The notes beneath the pieces were generated by a model, which saw only the letters and a program-made list of their open reading frames with translations, was not told where the DNA came from and made no database searches. A program made the translations under genes and the position numbers. Of a stretch of 64,000 nt of DNA, positions 47,060-58,020 are shown piece by piece; position 1 is the first letter of the stretch, and each line of letters begins with the position of its first letter. This stretch comes from Candidatus Micrarchaeota archaeon (GTDB lineage Archaea > Micrarchaeota > Micrarchaeia > Micrarchaeales > CABMGC01). The stretch lies in the NCBI GenBank assembly GCA_021850625.1, contig JAJZLJ010000030.1:22356-86355 (forward strand). The letters are read 5' to 3'.

Positions 47060-49648
47060 TCATCCTTTTTCTATTTCGGCAAAGCGTGACTCTGTTGGAC
47101 TTGTTCCGTCTCCGCCGTATAATGTTTGAATTATATTGTTGTTTACATCTCTTACACTTAGGTCCTCCTTTACATAATAATCTTGAAGCGCATTTGAAAG
47201 TCTTCTGTAAAGATAACCGCTTCGTCCTGTCAAAAGTGCTTTGTATACCTCTGAACCTCTTGAACCTACAGCATGCATGAATAGTTCTATTGGGTGCATT
47301 CCGGAGAAGTAACTTGTTGTTATAAAGCCGTGGGCTATTGGGCCTGGATCTCCAGGAGCTATATGTGGAAGTACTCTGTTTGAGTAATATCCTCTTTTGA
47401 TTCTACCTCCGCTCAATGTTGCCTGCTGGCCTAGGAACATGCTCATCTGTTCCAGGTTAAGAATATTACCTCTTGAACCTGCTTTGGTCATCTCTACTGC
47501 ACTATTTCCATCTCCTTCGTGTTTTACTAATATATCTCCTGCTTTGTTTCTTGCATTGTTTAGTTCAGTTATAATTATTCTTTCAAGTGAATCGCGGAGA
47601 GTGTATCCTATCAAAGGCTCTAGTTTTTTTGATTTGTAGTCATTGATAAGTTTGTTTACTTTTTCAAAGGTTTCTTTTATTATCCTTACTCTTTCGCTTT
47701 CCATCTTTTCATCTAATTCATACTCCTTTACTCCGACAGTTACTCCTGCAAGAGTGATATATGCATCTGCAAGTTTTGATGAATTGAAGATGAAGTCCCT
47801 TAGTACATCATAGCCATAATCTATTGCTATCTTTATGAATAAACCGTTACCCTTACCATATGTATCATTTGTTATAGTTCCTTCTACGAGCCTTCCGTTC
47901 TTTATCCTTACAATACCCATCGAGGTTTTTTGTTCATAGTTTATTCCTTTAGGAAGAAGCACCGAAAAAATATCCTTTCCTAAGTATAGTCCATTTTTCT
48001 GAGCTGAAGGTAGCTCGTATATTCCTGAAAGTCCAAGCAAATACTCGGTTTCGTCCCTAGATAAATAAACATTATCTTTAGTGAGAAAATACATACCAGT
48101 TATTCCGTCCTCTCCATTTGCTATTATTGCTCCGCCGTTCTTAGGAGAAAAGATTTGATACTTTACATCCATAAGAAGTCTAGCCTCTGCTTGTGCTTCT
48201 AGTGTTTGTGGTACGTGTAAGTTCATTTCGTCTCCGTCGAAGTCAGCGTTATATGGTGAGGTGGTACAATAATTTATTCTGAAGGTCTTGCCTGGAAGAA
48301 CACGCACTTTGTGAGCCATTATAGAGATCCTATGAAGCGTAGGCTGCCTGTTAAATAGAACTATATCTCCATCATTAAGCTGGCGTTCAAGTATGCTCCC
48401 TACAACAAGATCTTTTATAAGCTCTTCTCTGTTGACATCCATTGTTCGTTTTCGCTTGCCGTCCTTTGTTATTACATTGAGCACTGCAGGATAGTTTTTG
48501 TTTAAAAGCAACTCCTTTGCCTTTTCCATGTTCCATTCTGTTACGTAGAAAGGAACGGTAAGCTTTGATGCTATTGCTTCAGGAACTCCTACCTCGTCTA
48601 TATTAACATAAGGATCTACGCTTATTACTGTTCTTGCTGAGTAGTTGACACGCTTTCCGCTTAGGTTGTATCTAAAACGTCCTTCCTTGCCCTTAAGTCT
48701 TTGTGCAAGAGTCTTTAATGCTCTTCCGCTTCTATGTCTTGCAGGAGGTATTCCAGAGGTTTCGTTGTTAAAGTATGCTGTTACGTGATACTGCAAAAGT
48801 TCCCATAAATCGTCTATAATTATTTGTGGTGCTCCTGCGTTTATATTTTGTTCAAGTCTTTGATTTATACGCATTATATCTACAAGTTTGTGTGTTAGAT
48901 CGTCCTCGCTTCTTTCTCCTGATTCTAAGGTTATTGATGGTCTTACATTAACTGGAGGTACAAGCAAGGTATTTAAGATCAGCCATGATGGATTGCTTAC
49001 TGCCTGCTCTATACCTATAACCTTTAAATCATCAACACTTATTTTTGAGAGCATGTCTCTTATTTCATCTGGTTTTAATTTTCTCTCGCCTAGTGTAAAG
49101 TATGTTGGTTGTGAAAACCTAAACTTTTGCTGGACCGTTCCACAATATGGACACTTCTTGCTTGTTTTTAATTTTTTATGCTGCATTACGCTTGCCCTAC
49201 TCATATGTGCTTCTTCATTCTTCTCTTCCTGTTCTACTTGAGTAAGTTCTGCTTTTTGTTCACCGTCTACCTCTGGTCTAAGTACATCTTCTTTTATTTT
49301 TGCTATGTGTTTCTCATCTATAAGCAAACGATGGCATTCGGTGCATACTGATTGAAGTATATTGTATATGACCTTTGAAAATTCCGAATGTATTACAGGT
49401 CTTACTAACTCTATATGTCCAAAGTGGCCAGGACAGGTCTTTGCTCTTGCACCGCAGGTTTTGCAAATAAGACCAGGATCTATTACTCCTAATCTTTGAT
49501 CAAGAAGACCTCCGTCTATAGGATAACCATCTTCGTTGTATGTATCTGGTACTGTAAGCTTTGCAACGCTAAGTTTTTTTGATTCTTCAGGTGATACTAT
49601 TCCAAATTTTATATAATTTATTACTTCTGCTTGCATATGCTCACTCAT
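47060..49648 (-). CDS. rpoA1: RNA polymerase subunit Rpo1N (A')
   Basis: [35 protein letters not shown]. Confidence 0.98.
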   Translation of the reverse strand: MSEHMQAEVINYIKFGIVSPEESKKLSVAKLTVPDTYNEDGYPIDGGLLDQRLGVIDPGLICKTCGARAKTCPGHFGHIELVRPVIHSEFSKVIYNILQSVCTECHRLLIDEKHIAKIKEDVLRPEVDGEQKAELTQVEQEEKNEEAHMSRASVMQHKKLKTSKKCPYCGTVQQKFRFSQPTYFTLGERKLKPDEIRDMLSKISVDDLKVIGIEQAVSNPSWLILNTLLVPPVNVRPSITLESGERSEDDLTHKLVDIMRINQRLEQNINAGAPQIIIDDLWELLQYHVTAYFNNETSGIPPARHRSGRALKTLAQRLKGKEGRFRYNLSGKRVNYSARTVISVDPYVNIDEVGVPEAIASKLTVPFYVTEWNMEKAKELLLNKNYPAVLNVITKDGKRKRTMDVNREELIKDLVVGSILERQLNDGDIVLFNRQPTLHRISIMAHKVRVLPGKTFRINYCTTSPYNADFDGDEMNLHVPQTLEAQAEARLLMDVKYQIFSPKNGGAIIANGEDGITGMYFLTKDNVYLSRDETEYLLGLSGIYELPSAQKNGLYLGKDIFSVLLPKGINYEQKTSMGIVRIKNGRLVEGTITNDTYGKGNGLFIKIAIDYGYDVLRDFIFNSSKLADAYITLAGVTVGVKEYELDEKMESERVRIIKETFEKVNKLINDYKSKKLEPLIGYTLRDSLERIIITELNNARNKAGDILVKHEGDGNSAVEMTKAGSRGNILNLEQMSMFLGQQATLSGGRIKRGYYSNRVLPHIAPGDPGPIAHGFITTSYFSGMHPIELFMHAVGSRGSEVYKALLTGRSGYLYRRLSNALQDYYVKEDLSVRDVNNNIIQTLYGGDGTSPTESRFAEIEKG

Positions 49649-51464
49649 TAATTTTTATTTTAGGCATTATGTGCATTGACTTTATTTCGTCCAAAAGCAC
49701 CTTGAATGCATAACTTATCTCAACAGGCATTAGAGAGGTATTACCACATAATGGACAGATGTTTGTCTTCTTTATGTAATCATAATAACCCATTGCTCCA
49801 CATTGCTTGCAGATTAGAACAGTAGTTTTGTCGCTCTGATCAAGCATTCTTTCTTTTAAGAGCAAACTTGCACCATATCCTATAAGTGCATCTCGTTCCA
49901 TCTCTCCGAACTTAAGTGCACCCTGTCTTGCCTTTCCTTCTGTAGGCTGATGTGTAAGAATCTGAACCTTTCCTCTGCTTCGCACCTGTATCTTGTTGCT
50001 TACCATATGGTAAAGCCTGTTATAATATGCTACACCGACGAATATTGTAGCTTTAAATGGTCTGCCAGTCATTCCGTCATACATTATCTCGTCTCCGTAC
50101 TTGTCAAAGCCATATTGTTTTAGCATCTCTGCGTAGTTTGAAAGCTTCTCATTTCCAGTTTTAGTAAATGAGGTCCCATCTACCTTTCTTCCAGCTACCG
50201 CGCCTGCCTTGCCTGCTATTTCCTCTAACAGGTGACCGAATGTAAGTCGTGTTGGTATACTGTGTGGATTAAGCAAAAGATCAGGAACAATTCCGCTTGC
50301 AGTAAATGGCATATCTTCTGGGTTTGCTATTAGCGCAACTACTCCTTTTTGTCCGTGTCTGCTTGCAAATTTATCTCCTCTTTCCGGAACGCGTATGCTT
50401 CTTACTCTTACCTTAACTGTTCTTGTAGCTCCAGGAGTTTCTGTAAAAATAACACTGTCTATTACTCCGTTTTCTCCAGCTTTTAATGTTGCAGAATCAT
50501 CACGTGTTCTTTCTTCAAGTCCGCCTGCTCCGATATTTTCTTCAAGGAATCGTGGAGGTGCAACTTTTCCTATAAGAACATCGCCATCTACTACCGGAAC
50601 CTCAGGTTCTATTATTCCGTCCTCGCTTAATTTTGAGTATGCATGTTCGCCCATATATCCTTCTGAAGATGGAGATGGTATCTTAAACCTGTCTCTTTGT
50701 CCACCAGGATATCTTCTTTCTTCGTCTGAATAAGATTTGTAAAACATGCTTCTTCCTACCCCCCTGTCTACTGCAGCTTTATTTAAAACCAAAGCGTCAG
50801 ACATGTTATAACCATAATATGTTGAGAGAGCTACAACTAGGTTCTGTCCGCTTGCGTGTTTTTTAAGATCTAATGTTTCATAAGGAACGGTAGTTACTAT
50901 TGGTGCTTGTGGATAAAAAAGAATAAAGGACCTTGAATCAAATCTTTGATTGAAGTTTGTTACATATAATCCTTCTGCTTGCTTCATGTAGTTTGCGCTC
51001 ATTGCCTGCCTTGCTATTGCATTATGTTCTGCAAAAGGAGCAACGTTTGCTGACAAACCAAATATAGAGGCCATATCAAATTCGAGGTGTGTTGTTTTTT
51101 CTGTTATTTCGTCTTCTTTTATTGCAACCATTGCATTTTCTTCCTCTTCTGCGTCAAGATACTCTATTACGCCATTTCTTACTAAATAATTGAAATTTAT
51201 TTCTTTTTTGATTAATTTCTCTATTAGTTCTGGCGTTAGTTTTTGCTTGCTATTTTCAACTATTAAATAAGGCTTTCTGAGTCTGCCTCTGTCGGTGTTT
51301 ATATTTATACTATTTAATTTATCTGAGTAAGCTATATTTATCTCTCCTGAAATCTGTCCTTTTCTTCTTGTAGCTCTTACCTCATTAACAAACTTTTCAG
51401 GCTCAGTTACAAATCCAATTACTTTTCCATTCAGATATATGAAGGTTTTTTTAGTGCTATCCAA
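49641..51464 (-). CDS. rpoB1: RNA polymerase subunit Rpo2C (B')
   Basis: GDKFASRHGQKG, PDLLLNPH, GEMERD, CKQC..CPLC; TTG start after TGTG. Confidence 0.95.
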   Translation of the reverse strand: MDSTKKTFIYLNGKVIGFVTEPEKFVNEVRATRRKGQISGEINIAYSDKLNSININTDRGRLRKPYLIVENSKQKLTPELIEKLIKKEINFNYLVRNGVIEYLDAEEEENAMVAIKEDEITEKTTHLEFDMASIFGLSANVAPFAEHNAIARQAMSANYMKQAEGLYVTNFNQRFDSRSFILFYPQAPIVTTVPYETLDLKKHASGQNLVVALSTYYGYNMSDALVLNKAAVDRGVGRSMFYKSYSDEERRYPGGQRDRFKIPSPSSEGYMGEHAYSKLSEDGIIEPEVPVVDGDVLIGKVAPPRFLEENIGAGGLEERTRDDSATLKAGENGVIDSVIFTETPGATRTVKVRVRSIRVPERGDKFASRHGQKGVVALIANPEDMPFTASGIVPDLLLNPHSIPTRLTFGHLLEEIAGKAGAVAGRKVDGTSFTKTGNEKLSNYAEMLKQYGFDKYGDEIMYDGMTGRPFKATIFVGVAYYNRLYHMVSNKIQVRSRGKVQILTHQPTEGKARQGALKFGEMERDALIGYGASLLLKERMLDQSDKTTVLICKQCGAMGYYDYIKKTNICPLCGNTSLMPVEISYAFKVLLDEIKSMHIMPKIKINE

Positions 51465-51483
51465 AAAATCACATTTGCTTTTT

Positions 51484-52986
51484 TTATAATATTGATTTAA
51501 TATCTCCAAGCTTTCTGAGCTCCTTTTCAGTTATGGACTCATCAGCTCCAGTAGTAACTTTTGACATTAATGCAAGATACTTTGTAAGACCTACTTCTTG
51601 TCCTTCAGGACTCTCTGCGGGACAGATCTTGCCCCACTGTGTTCCATGGACGTCTCTGGCTCTGAAGTGCGGATGTTTCTTTGCAAGCGGCGACTTTACC
51701 CTTCTTAGATGGGCATAGGTACTGATAAGATTAGTTCTGTCAAGCACCTGTGATACACCGGTTTGTCCTGCAACCCAAGTACCTGTACCCATTGCATATG
51801 CAATTTTTTCAGATAGTGTATCTGGACTTATTATTGATTGCATGCTTAGCCTTCTTCCTCTTGCACTCATGCGCTCTATTTGATATTTTACCTCCTTTAA
51901 GAAGAATCTAAACGCGTATGCAAAAAGCTCTTCCATTAGTTCTCCTGCAAATCTTGTTCGTTTATTTGCATAATGATCCTTATCGTCCTGACGTACTATT
52001 TTATTTGCTATAGCCGTAGATTTCTTTGCCATCTCTAAGAGATAATTTGCTTTTATTACTCGTGATTTTTCATCGCTGCCAAGATGTGGTAAAAGATAAT
52101 TGTCAATCTGCATCTCTGCTCTTTTTATTTGATATTCTTTTGCCTGTCCCGGAGCAGCCATTTTTCCAAGTTCAAGAAGAGCTTCCTGTTTTGTTAAGAT
52201 ACCGGTTTCTGGTTTTTTCTTATTGACAGAACTTAGTTCTATATTAAGAAGAATATCGTTTTTGAATGGAAGAAGATTTGATGCATACTCCTTTACATTT
52301 TCTAGATCCATACCTATTGACTTAAGCAATAATATCAGTTCTATGCTTCTGCTTACTGTTGGAAAATCTACGGTAAAAATACCAGATTGATTTCGGGTTA
52401 CTACGCATCGTGCCCTAAAACCTGGAGTTGAAGAGAATACGCGGCTTTTTACCTCTGTGCCTTTTTTCTCTTTTGTAGTTATGATTCTGTTTGAGGCTAC
52501 ATCATCAAGACCTATTAAAACTCGTTCTATTCCTTTTATTATGAAATATCCACCAGGATCATCAGGATCCTCCCCATTTTCTATTAGCTGTGATCTGCTC
52601 ATGTTTTTCATATGACATGCATTGCTGCGTATCATAATTGGAATATCTCCAACATATACCTCTCCGTATGACGCTGTTTTTTCTATTCCGCGAATTATTG
52701 GAACGACCTCCATATAAAGTGGAGCTCCGTAGGTTATATTTCTTAAACGCGCTTCGTTTGGCATTATATTTCTTCTTGAACTATCTGCCTCTATTATTGA
52801 TGGGCTACCGATTCTTACGTTTCCTAACTTTAATGAAAAACCTTCGACGCTTGGCTCTATTATATTTTGATTACCCATTGCCTTTGCTATTCCATTATCT
52901 AGAAAACGATTAAAACTGTCTATCTGGTGCTGTACAAGAGAAGAGTTATTCAAATACGATGCTAACAATAGGTTTTTTTCCTCCAT
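51484..52986 (-). CDS. rpoB2: RNA polymerase subunit Rpo2N (B'')
   Basis: PNEARLRN.TY, DPGGYFII.G, HLRR, WGKICPAESPEG. Confidence 0.95.
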   Translation of the reverse strand: MEEKNLLLASYLNNSSLVQHQIDSFNRFLDNGIAKAMGNQNIIEPSVEGFSLKLGNVRIGSPSIIEADSSRRNIMPNEARLRNITYGAPLYMEVVPIIRGIEKTASYGEVYVGDIPIMIRSNACHMKNMSRSQLIENGEDPDDPGGYFIIKGIERVLIGLDDVASNRIITTKEKKGTEVKSRVFSSTPGFRARCVVTRNQSGIFTVDFPTVSRSIELILLLKSIGMDLENVKEYASNLLPFKNDILLNIELSSVNKKKPETGILTKQEALLELGKMAAPGQAKEYQIKRAEMQIDNYLLPHLGSDEKSRVIKANYLLEMAKKSTAIANKIVRQDDKDHYANKRTRFAGELMEELFAYAFRFFLKEVKYQIERMSARGRRLSMQSIISPDTLSEKIAYAMGTGTWVAGQTGVSQVLDRTNLISTYAHLRRVKSPLAKKHPHFRARDVHGTQWGKICPAESPEGQEVGLTKYLALMSKVTTGADESITEKELRKLGDIKSIL

Positions 52987-53014
52987 TTAATCAACTTTAA
53001 TTTAGTAAACAGAA

Positions 53015-53245
53015 TTAACCGTCTACAACAAACCTGTAATATAAATATTCCTTACCGTAGTCATTTCTTTTTACTAACACTACGTCCCCGGGCTTGGCCT
53101 TTAAAAATATAGCCTGTGGATCTGAACTTAAAAGTTTTGGAAGGTTTTCTGCCCTCAGATTAAGTTTTGTAAGTATTTTTTTTGACTCCTCTACGCTAAG
53201 AACCTCCTGAACTGGAATAAATTCATGACTGCTTTTTTCTACCAT
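53015..53245 (-). CDS. rpoH: RNA polymerase subunit Rpo5 (H)
   Basis: HEFIP, LPKLLSSDP, GDVV, YYRFVV; first gene of the rpo operon. Confidence 0.93.
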   Translation of the reverse strand: MVEKSSHEFIPVQEVLSVEESKKILTKLNLRAENLPKLLSSDPQAIFLKAKPGDVVLVKRNDYGKEYLYYRFVVDG

Positions 53246-53427
53246 CTAAACTCCTATGAATAAAATAAGTACTAGCACTGACCTTACCGGAAGCATCTTT
53301 TATATTAGACTGAAAAGGTTTATAAACCTTTTTGAAAAAATGTTTACTTTGCTATTTTGTTATAGTATATTTCCGCTAATGTGTTAATAATAAATATCAG
53401 CAAAAACAACTAAATTTTGGTGATATT

Positions 53428-53772
53428 GTGGTGGAGGTCATAGATACTAAAAAAAGAAGTAAAGAAAGTATCAAAAAACAGTGTAGATTAGAGGATAAAG
53501 AATTATATTTAAAAAGAAGGGATTTGAATAGAGCTATCTATGCCGGCGCCATAACGATAGGCATCTCCATTCCGGTAGTTATAATCAATTATATACCTAC
53601 AATAAATAATATTATTAATAATAAAGATATTACCGCCAGAACCGTTGGAACTGTTGGTCTTGCAATAGGAACCAATCTAATGGTTTCTGGATTTTTAAGA
53701 GGAATAGAATATTGGAGAAGTCTTAAGGATATGAATAGGAAAATAAGGGAATTAAAAGATATGCAAAGATAG
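53428..53772 (+). CDS. hypothetical two-TM protein
   Basis: GGTG-N5-GTG start, two hydrophobic segments. Confidence 0.6.
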   Translation: MVEVIDTKKRSKESIKKQCRLEDKELYLKRRDLNRAIYAGAITIGISIPVVIINYIPTINNIINNKDITARTVGTVGLAIGTNLMVSGFLRGIEYWRSLKDMNRKIRELKDMQR

Positions 53773-53827
53773 AATTAGAAGATAAAAATAAATAAAATAA
53801 AAAACTCAACGTGATGAGGTTAATATA

Positions 53828-54328
53828 CTAAGAATGTATAAGTCCATATAAGGAAGCTGTCTTTTCGTCAAGCTTTCCAAGTGTAGCCCTACTTCCAGAG
53901 AGTTTGTTGTCATTAACATCCTTAACTATTTCCAATATTTCAACTAGAGTCTCTGTTGATTTAATTTGTTCGACGTGATCCCCAATTAACGAGATAAACG
54001 GAAATAAGATATTTGTATCTACAGATTGGAGTTCTTTTTCTGCTTCTTTATTAGACTCTTTTCCCGCAAGAACAAGAAAATATGCTGCGCTTGCTATTCT
54101 AGATATTTTATTTTCAAAAAGTGTAGGAATGTCTCCAAGTTCAAGTTTGTGCCCCGAACATGCCTCTACAGTATTCGAAATATTATCAAATGCATGATTA
54201 AGCTTTGGTTTTTCTAGATCGTTCTCCCAAAACTTTATACCACGTAATAGACTTTTTAATTTCGGATCCGCAGTGTTTACTATTACAATGTCGTTTCTTG
54301 CACTCACAATTTTTGGAGTTACACCCAT
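53828..54328 (-). CDS. hypothetical protein
   Basis: 166-aa ORF with protein-like composition, no motif recognised. Confidence 0.55.
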   Translation of the reverse strand: MGVTPKIVSARNDIVIVNTADPKLKSLLRGIKFWENDLEKPKLNHAFDNISNTVEACSGHKLELGDIPTLFENKISRIASAAYFLVLAGKESNKEAEKELQSVDTNILFPFISLIGDHVEQIKSTETLVEILEIVKDVNDNKLSGSRATLGKLDEKTASLYGLIHS

Positions 54329-54484
54329 ATATTCGCCAATTCTTATATGAAGTATATGATATAAATATGTTATCTACAAAGGGGGTTTTGTTTAAAAAGG
54401 CAGTACGCTGTTTAAAAAGTAATTCTTCTAAACAAAACTCTACAAAAAACATGTGGTATCGATATTAATAAGATAAAGACCTAA

Positions 54485-56134
54485 CTAGCTCAGCGCTCCA
54501 AAGCTTACGCTTGGCATTACGCCGTTTGGTGGATATGAGCGAGTGCGAAGCCAGTTTGCTGTAAATCCGCCAGTGTTTGAGGTGGCTCCAGAAGATGCTT
54601 GACCCAGCATAATATATAGCGATGTAGATAGAGATATTGCGGTGTTAGTTTCAGAAACTGTTTCCATATTATTATAATTGTAGTTAGGCACTATCTCTAA
54701 CAACTGTGAACCAGTTGCTGTCCAAGCGACTCCTTCTATTATTGGAGAATCATAAGCTGTTTTTGAATTTGGTGCATTGTTATAAGATGTTGTTAATATC
54801 TCAAACTGCATATCTCCACTATACATCCCATATGATTGACCATAACCATTTTCATACATATAAATCGGCTGATTGCCTTCTATCTGTGTATCACTTGTAG
54901 CTAATTCTATAGTGGGTCTTGCATTAGAACCACTTGTTATTCCTACCTCTAAAATTCCAGAAGGACTAACCGCAGATGTTGTTCCTATGGAAACATAATT
55001 ACCATTTCCGTTGTTAATAAAAGTAACTCCATTGTCCCATGTATAAGTATCTCCAGAAGAGGTAAGTTCTTGCCATCCAGAAGGTAATCCCGAACCTGCA
55101 AAATTCTCATAATAGTTGAACACGTTCGCCCCGTTGTCGTATTCTGCATAAGTAGGTGAAAGTTGCGGTGCTTCACCGATGCCAGTTGTTCCAGAACTGC
55201 TCAGAAGATTCATAGTGTTTGCAACCACTGCCATATAAATTTTTATTTGAGACTGCGCAGGAATTGACGGTGCAATACGTGCCCAAGTTGTAAGTGTTCC
55301 TGAATTGTTGCTCTCTATCCACGAAGGGATAATCGTCCCGTTCTGATAAACATACTCGAAGTTTGCCACATTTCCGTTAAAGGAGATATAACTTGCATAA
55401 TTGCTTTCTGTTATAGTGATCATTTCCTGGAAGTTTCCAGAGGTTGCTGTGTTCTGTGTATTTTGTATTGTTATAGGTACATAATACTCTGTCTGAGGTG
55501 TACCTGTAGATGAGGTTCCAGATACAGTTGCCTTTATCGCTGTTTTTGCAATATTAACCTCCTGCCCTGAAACACCAGAGTATGTATACTGCAACCATAA
55601 CGTTCCTACAAAAGCACTTCCTAACGTATTGCTTTGTAAACCACAGTAAAAATTAAGAGGGACACTTACTCCTGTATTCAAGGATAATGGTATTATTGCG
55701 TTGAACTGGGCAGAAGAAGGTGCAGTAGTACTGTTTATACATGCTGTTCCTGTTACTGTAATAGGACCAAAACTCTCTCCTGCAAGGACTGTAAGTGTAC
55801 CATTAGTTGCAAAGATTGGATCAGAACACAAATATCCACTATTTGCGACGCAGCTTCCACTGGCATGTGTGCCTATATTAAAAATGCCCAAACTAAACAA
55901 TGCGACCAATGCAATTGCAATAAGAAGTATGGTCCATCCATATGTCATGAGATACTCCATTGCACTTTGTGCGCGAAAAGAATTTGATGAAACTCCGAGA
56001 AGTTTCTTATCGTAAATTGCCTTTTTTGAAGGCAAAACTTTTTTTAAAAATACCAATGAAGACTTGTGAGAAGTTCTTGTTTTTTGCACATTAATTTGGT
56101 TTGGAAAGCATCTATTTTTTATTTTTTTTAACAT
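54485..56134 (-). CDS. class III signal peptide surface protein: pilin-like head and one DUF2341-like module
   Basis: RA/QSAMEYLMTYGWTILLIAI; YVPITIQN...SWIES...GEAPQLSPTYAEYDNG...WLRTRSYPPNGVMP. Confidence 0.85.
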   Translation of the reverse strand: MLKKIKNRCFPNQINVQKTRTSHKSSLVFLKKVLPSKKAIYDKKLLGVSSNSFRAQSAMEYLMTYGWTILLIAIALVALFSLGIFNIGTHASGSCVANSGYLCSDPIFATNGTLTVLAGESFGPITVTGTACINSTTAPSSAQFNAIIPLSLNTGVSVPLNFYCGLQSNTLGSAFVGTLWLQYTYSGVSGQEVNIAKTAIKATVSGTSSTGTPQTEYYVPITIQNTQNTATSGNFQEMITITESNYASYISFNGNVANFEYVYQNGTIIPSWIESNNSGTLTTWARIAPSIPAQSQIKIYMAVVANTMNLLSSSGTTGIGEAPQLSPTYAEYDNGANVFNYYENFAGSGLPSGWQELTSSGDTYTWDNGVTFINNGNGNYVSIGTTSAVSPSGILEVGITSGSNARPTIELATSDTQIEGNQPIYMYENGYGQSYGMYSGDMQFEILTTSYNNAPNSKTAYDSPIIEGVAWTATGSQLLEIVPNYNYNNMETVSETNTAISLSTSLYIMLGQASSGATSNTGGFTANWLRTRSYPPNGVMPSVSFGALS

Positions 56135-56214
56135 GAAAATCTACTTATATCTTATTATTAATTAAGATAGAATATTAAAAAGCATTGTTTTTATTTGTAT
56201 TAAATGATGAGATT

Positions 56215-57189
56215 ATGCTTGTTATTGGAATAGAAAGTAGCGCACATACTTTTGGGGTAGGAATAGTGAAGGATGGTAAAGTTTTATCTAACGCTAAGTC
56301 GATGTACAAAATAACAAATAAAGGTATGATACCTATAGAAGTAGCTGAACATCATATTGAAAATGCAGCATCTACAATTAAAAAGGCAGTTTTAGAGGCT
56401 GGAATTTCTTTTAAGGAACTTGAGGGAGTTGGTTATACTATGGGTCCTGGGCTTGGTCCATGTCTTCAAGTTGGACAGCTCAGCGCAAAAGCACTAGCGT
56501 ATAAATTAAATATACCACTACTTCCCATAAATCACGGGCTTGCGCATATAGAAATAACAAAACATATGGAGAGATTAAAAGATCCGCTTGTCTTATATGT
56601 AAGCGGTGGAAACTCACAACTGCTTGTTTTCAATAAAGAAGAAAGAAGATATATAATTCTTGGAGAAACCTTTGATATGGGCGTAGGAAATGCTATAGAC
56701 AACCTTGCTAGAAAGCTAGGGCTTGAACACGCTTGGGGCTCAGAAGTAGAAAAGCTAGCTAAGGACGGAAAATATATAAAAATGCCTTATACCGTAAAAG
56801 GAATGGATTTTGCCTTTACAGGCTTGCTAACAAACGCCATCGGCATGCTTAAAAAATACAGTGTAAAGGACATACTTTTTTCTTTTCAGGAAACTGCCTT
56901 TGCACAATTATGTGAAGCTACTGAAAGAGCCCTGCTTCTTACAAAAAAATCAGAACTATGTGTTTGTGGAGGTGTTGCGCAAAATAATAGACTTGCTGAG
57001 ATGCTGACAAGCATTGCTGAAGAACATAACATAAGATTTGCTAGAACTAAAAATGAATTTAATTCAGATAATGGAGCTATGATAGCAATTGTTGCAGAAA
57101 AAGAATTTTTAAAAGGCAAACGGTGTAGTATTAAAAGATGTGATATAAAACAACGATATAGAGTTGATGAGGCTGTTTTTTATGGTTGA
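56215..57189 (+). CDS. kae1: t6A synthase Kae1 (KEOPS)
   Basis: GIESSAHT, GPGLGPCL, NHGLAHIE, VSGGNSQ, DNGAMIA. Confidence 0.95.
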   Translation: MLVIGIESSAHTFGVGIVKDGKVLSNAKSMYKITNKGMIPIEVAEHHIENAASTIKKAVLEAGISFKELEGVGYTMGPGLGPCLQVGQLSAKALAYKLNIPLLPINHGLAHIEITKHMERLKDPLVLYVSGGNSQLLVFNKEERRYIILGETFDMGVGNAIDNLARKLGLEHAWGSEVEKLAKDGKYIKMPYTVKGMDFAFTGLLTNAIGMLKKYSVKDILFSFQETAFAQLCEATERALLLTKKSELCVCGGVAQNNRLAEMLTSIAEEHNIRFARTKNEFNSDNGAMIAIVAEKEFLKGKRCSIKRCDIKQRYRVDEAVFYG

Positions 57190-57769
57190 GATATATGAAG
57201 GAGCTGAGGCCATAGCCAGTTGTGACATTATATACAATACAGAAGTACTTATAAAAACACGTTTTTGTAAAAAATATAGAGTAACTAGTCTTGATGAAGA
57301 ACTACGAGAGTTTAGAACTAAACGAGAAGCTAAAATTTTAGGTATTTTAGAAAAAGCATCGATTTATGTACCTAGGCTTATTGCAGTAGGAAAATACACC
57401 ATAATTATGGAAAGAATTCATGGAGTTCTGCTAAGGGATACGAAACAGAAGACTAATGTTATGAAAAAGATTGGAATAATTGCTAAGAAAATGCATGCGT
57501 GTGGAGTTGTTCATGGAGATTTTACACCGGCAAATATAATTATTTCAAAAAATAAAATATACATAATTGATTTTGGACTAGGATTGATAACAAATAGTAT
57601 TGAAGAAAAGGCGTTAGATTTACTTTTGTTTAAACGTTCAGTAGACAAAAAGGATTTTGAAATTTTTATTAAAGCGTACGCTAAAGACAATTTTGAATAT
57701 AAAAAAGTAATTGGCAAATTGAACGATATTGAAAAACGCGGAAGATATCAAATACGAACATTAGAATAA
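57182..57769 (+). CDS. bud32: KEOPS kinase Bud32
   Basis: GAEA, RTKREAKIL, HGDFTPANI, IDFGL, RGRY. Confidence 0.94.
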   Translation: MVEIYEGAEAIASCDIIYNTEVLIKTRFCKKYRVTSLDEELREFRTKREAKILGILEKASIYVPRLIAVGKYTIIMERIHGVLLRDTKQKTNVMKKIGIIAKKMHACGVVHGDFTPANIIISKNKIYIIDFGLGLITNSIEEKALDLLLFKRSVDKKDFEIFIKAYAKDNFEYKKVIGKLNDIEKRGRYQIRTLE

Positions 57770-57815
57770 AAAATAAGAAAAAAATAAATAATAAAAAAAA
57801 TAAAAAAAGATACTT

Positions 57816-57929
57816 CTAAAGATCTCCGACTCTTCTCTTTTGGGCTCTCTTTACTCTTTTTCTTCTTTTCTTTACCCATTTCCAGCGCATTCTTCCTTTC
57901 TTTTTCCATTTTCTAGGTATACTTCCCAA
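57816..57929 (-). CDS. rpl41e: ribosomal protein eL41 (eS32/aS32), 37 aa
   Basis: Not in ORF track. [42 protein letters not shown]5-TTG; matches the archaeal [13 protein letters not shown] signature. Confidence 0.9.
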   Translation of the reverse strand: MGSIPRKWKKKGRMRWKWVKKRRKRVKRAQKRRVGDL

Positions 57930-58020
57930 TTAAACACCAGGTATAAGTTTCATAATCTTTTGTGGCGTAAGAATAATAATACTTGCGTTAAATATATTCT
58001 AAATGAATACATGTGATTTT

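Noticed and set aside
51464..51509. Frameshift or pseudogenisation of rpoB
   Set aside because: The break matches the known B''/B' split, and the downstream part has its own RBS and TTG start.
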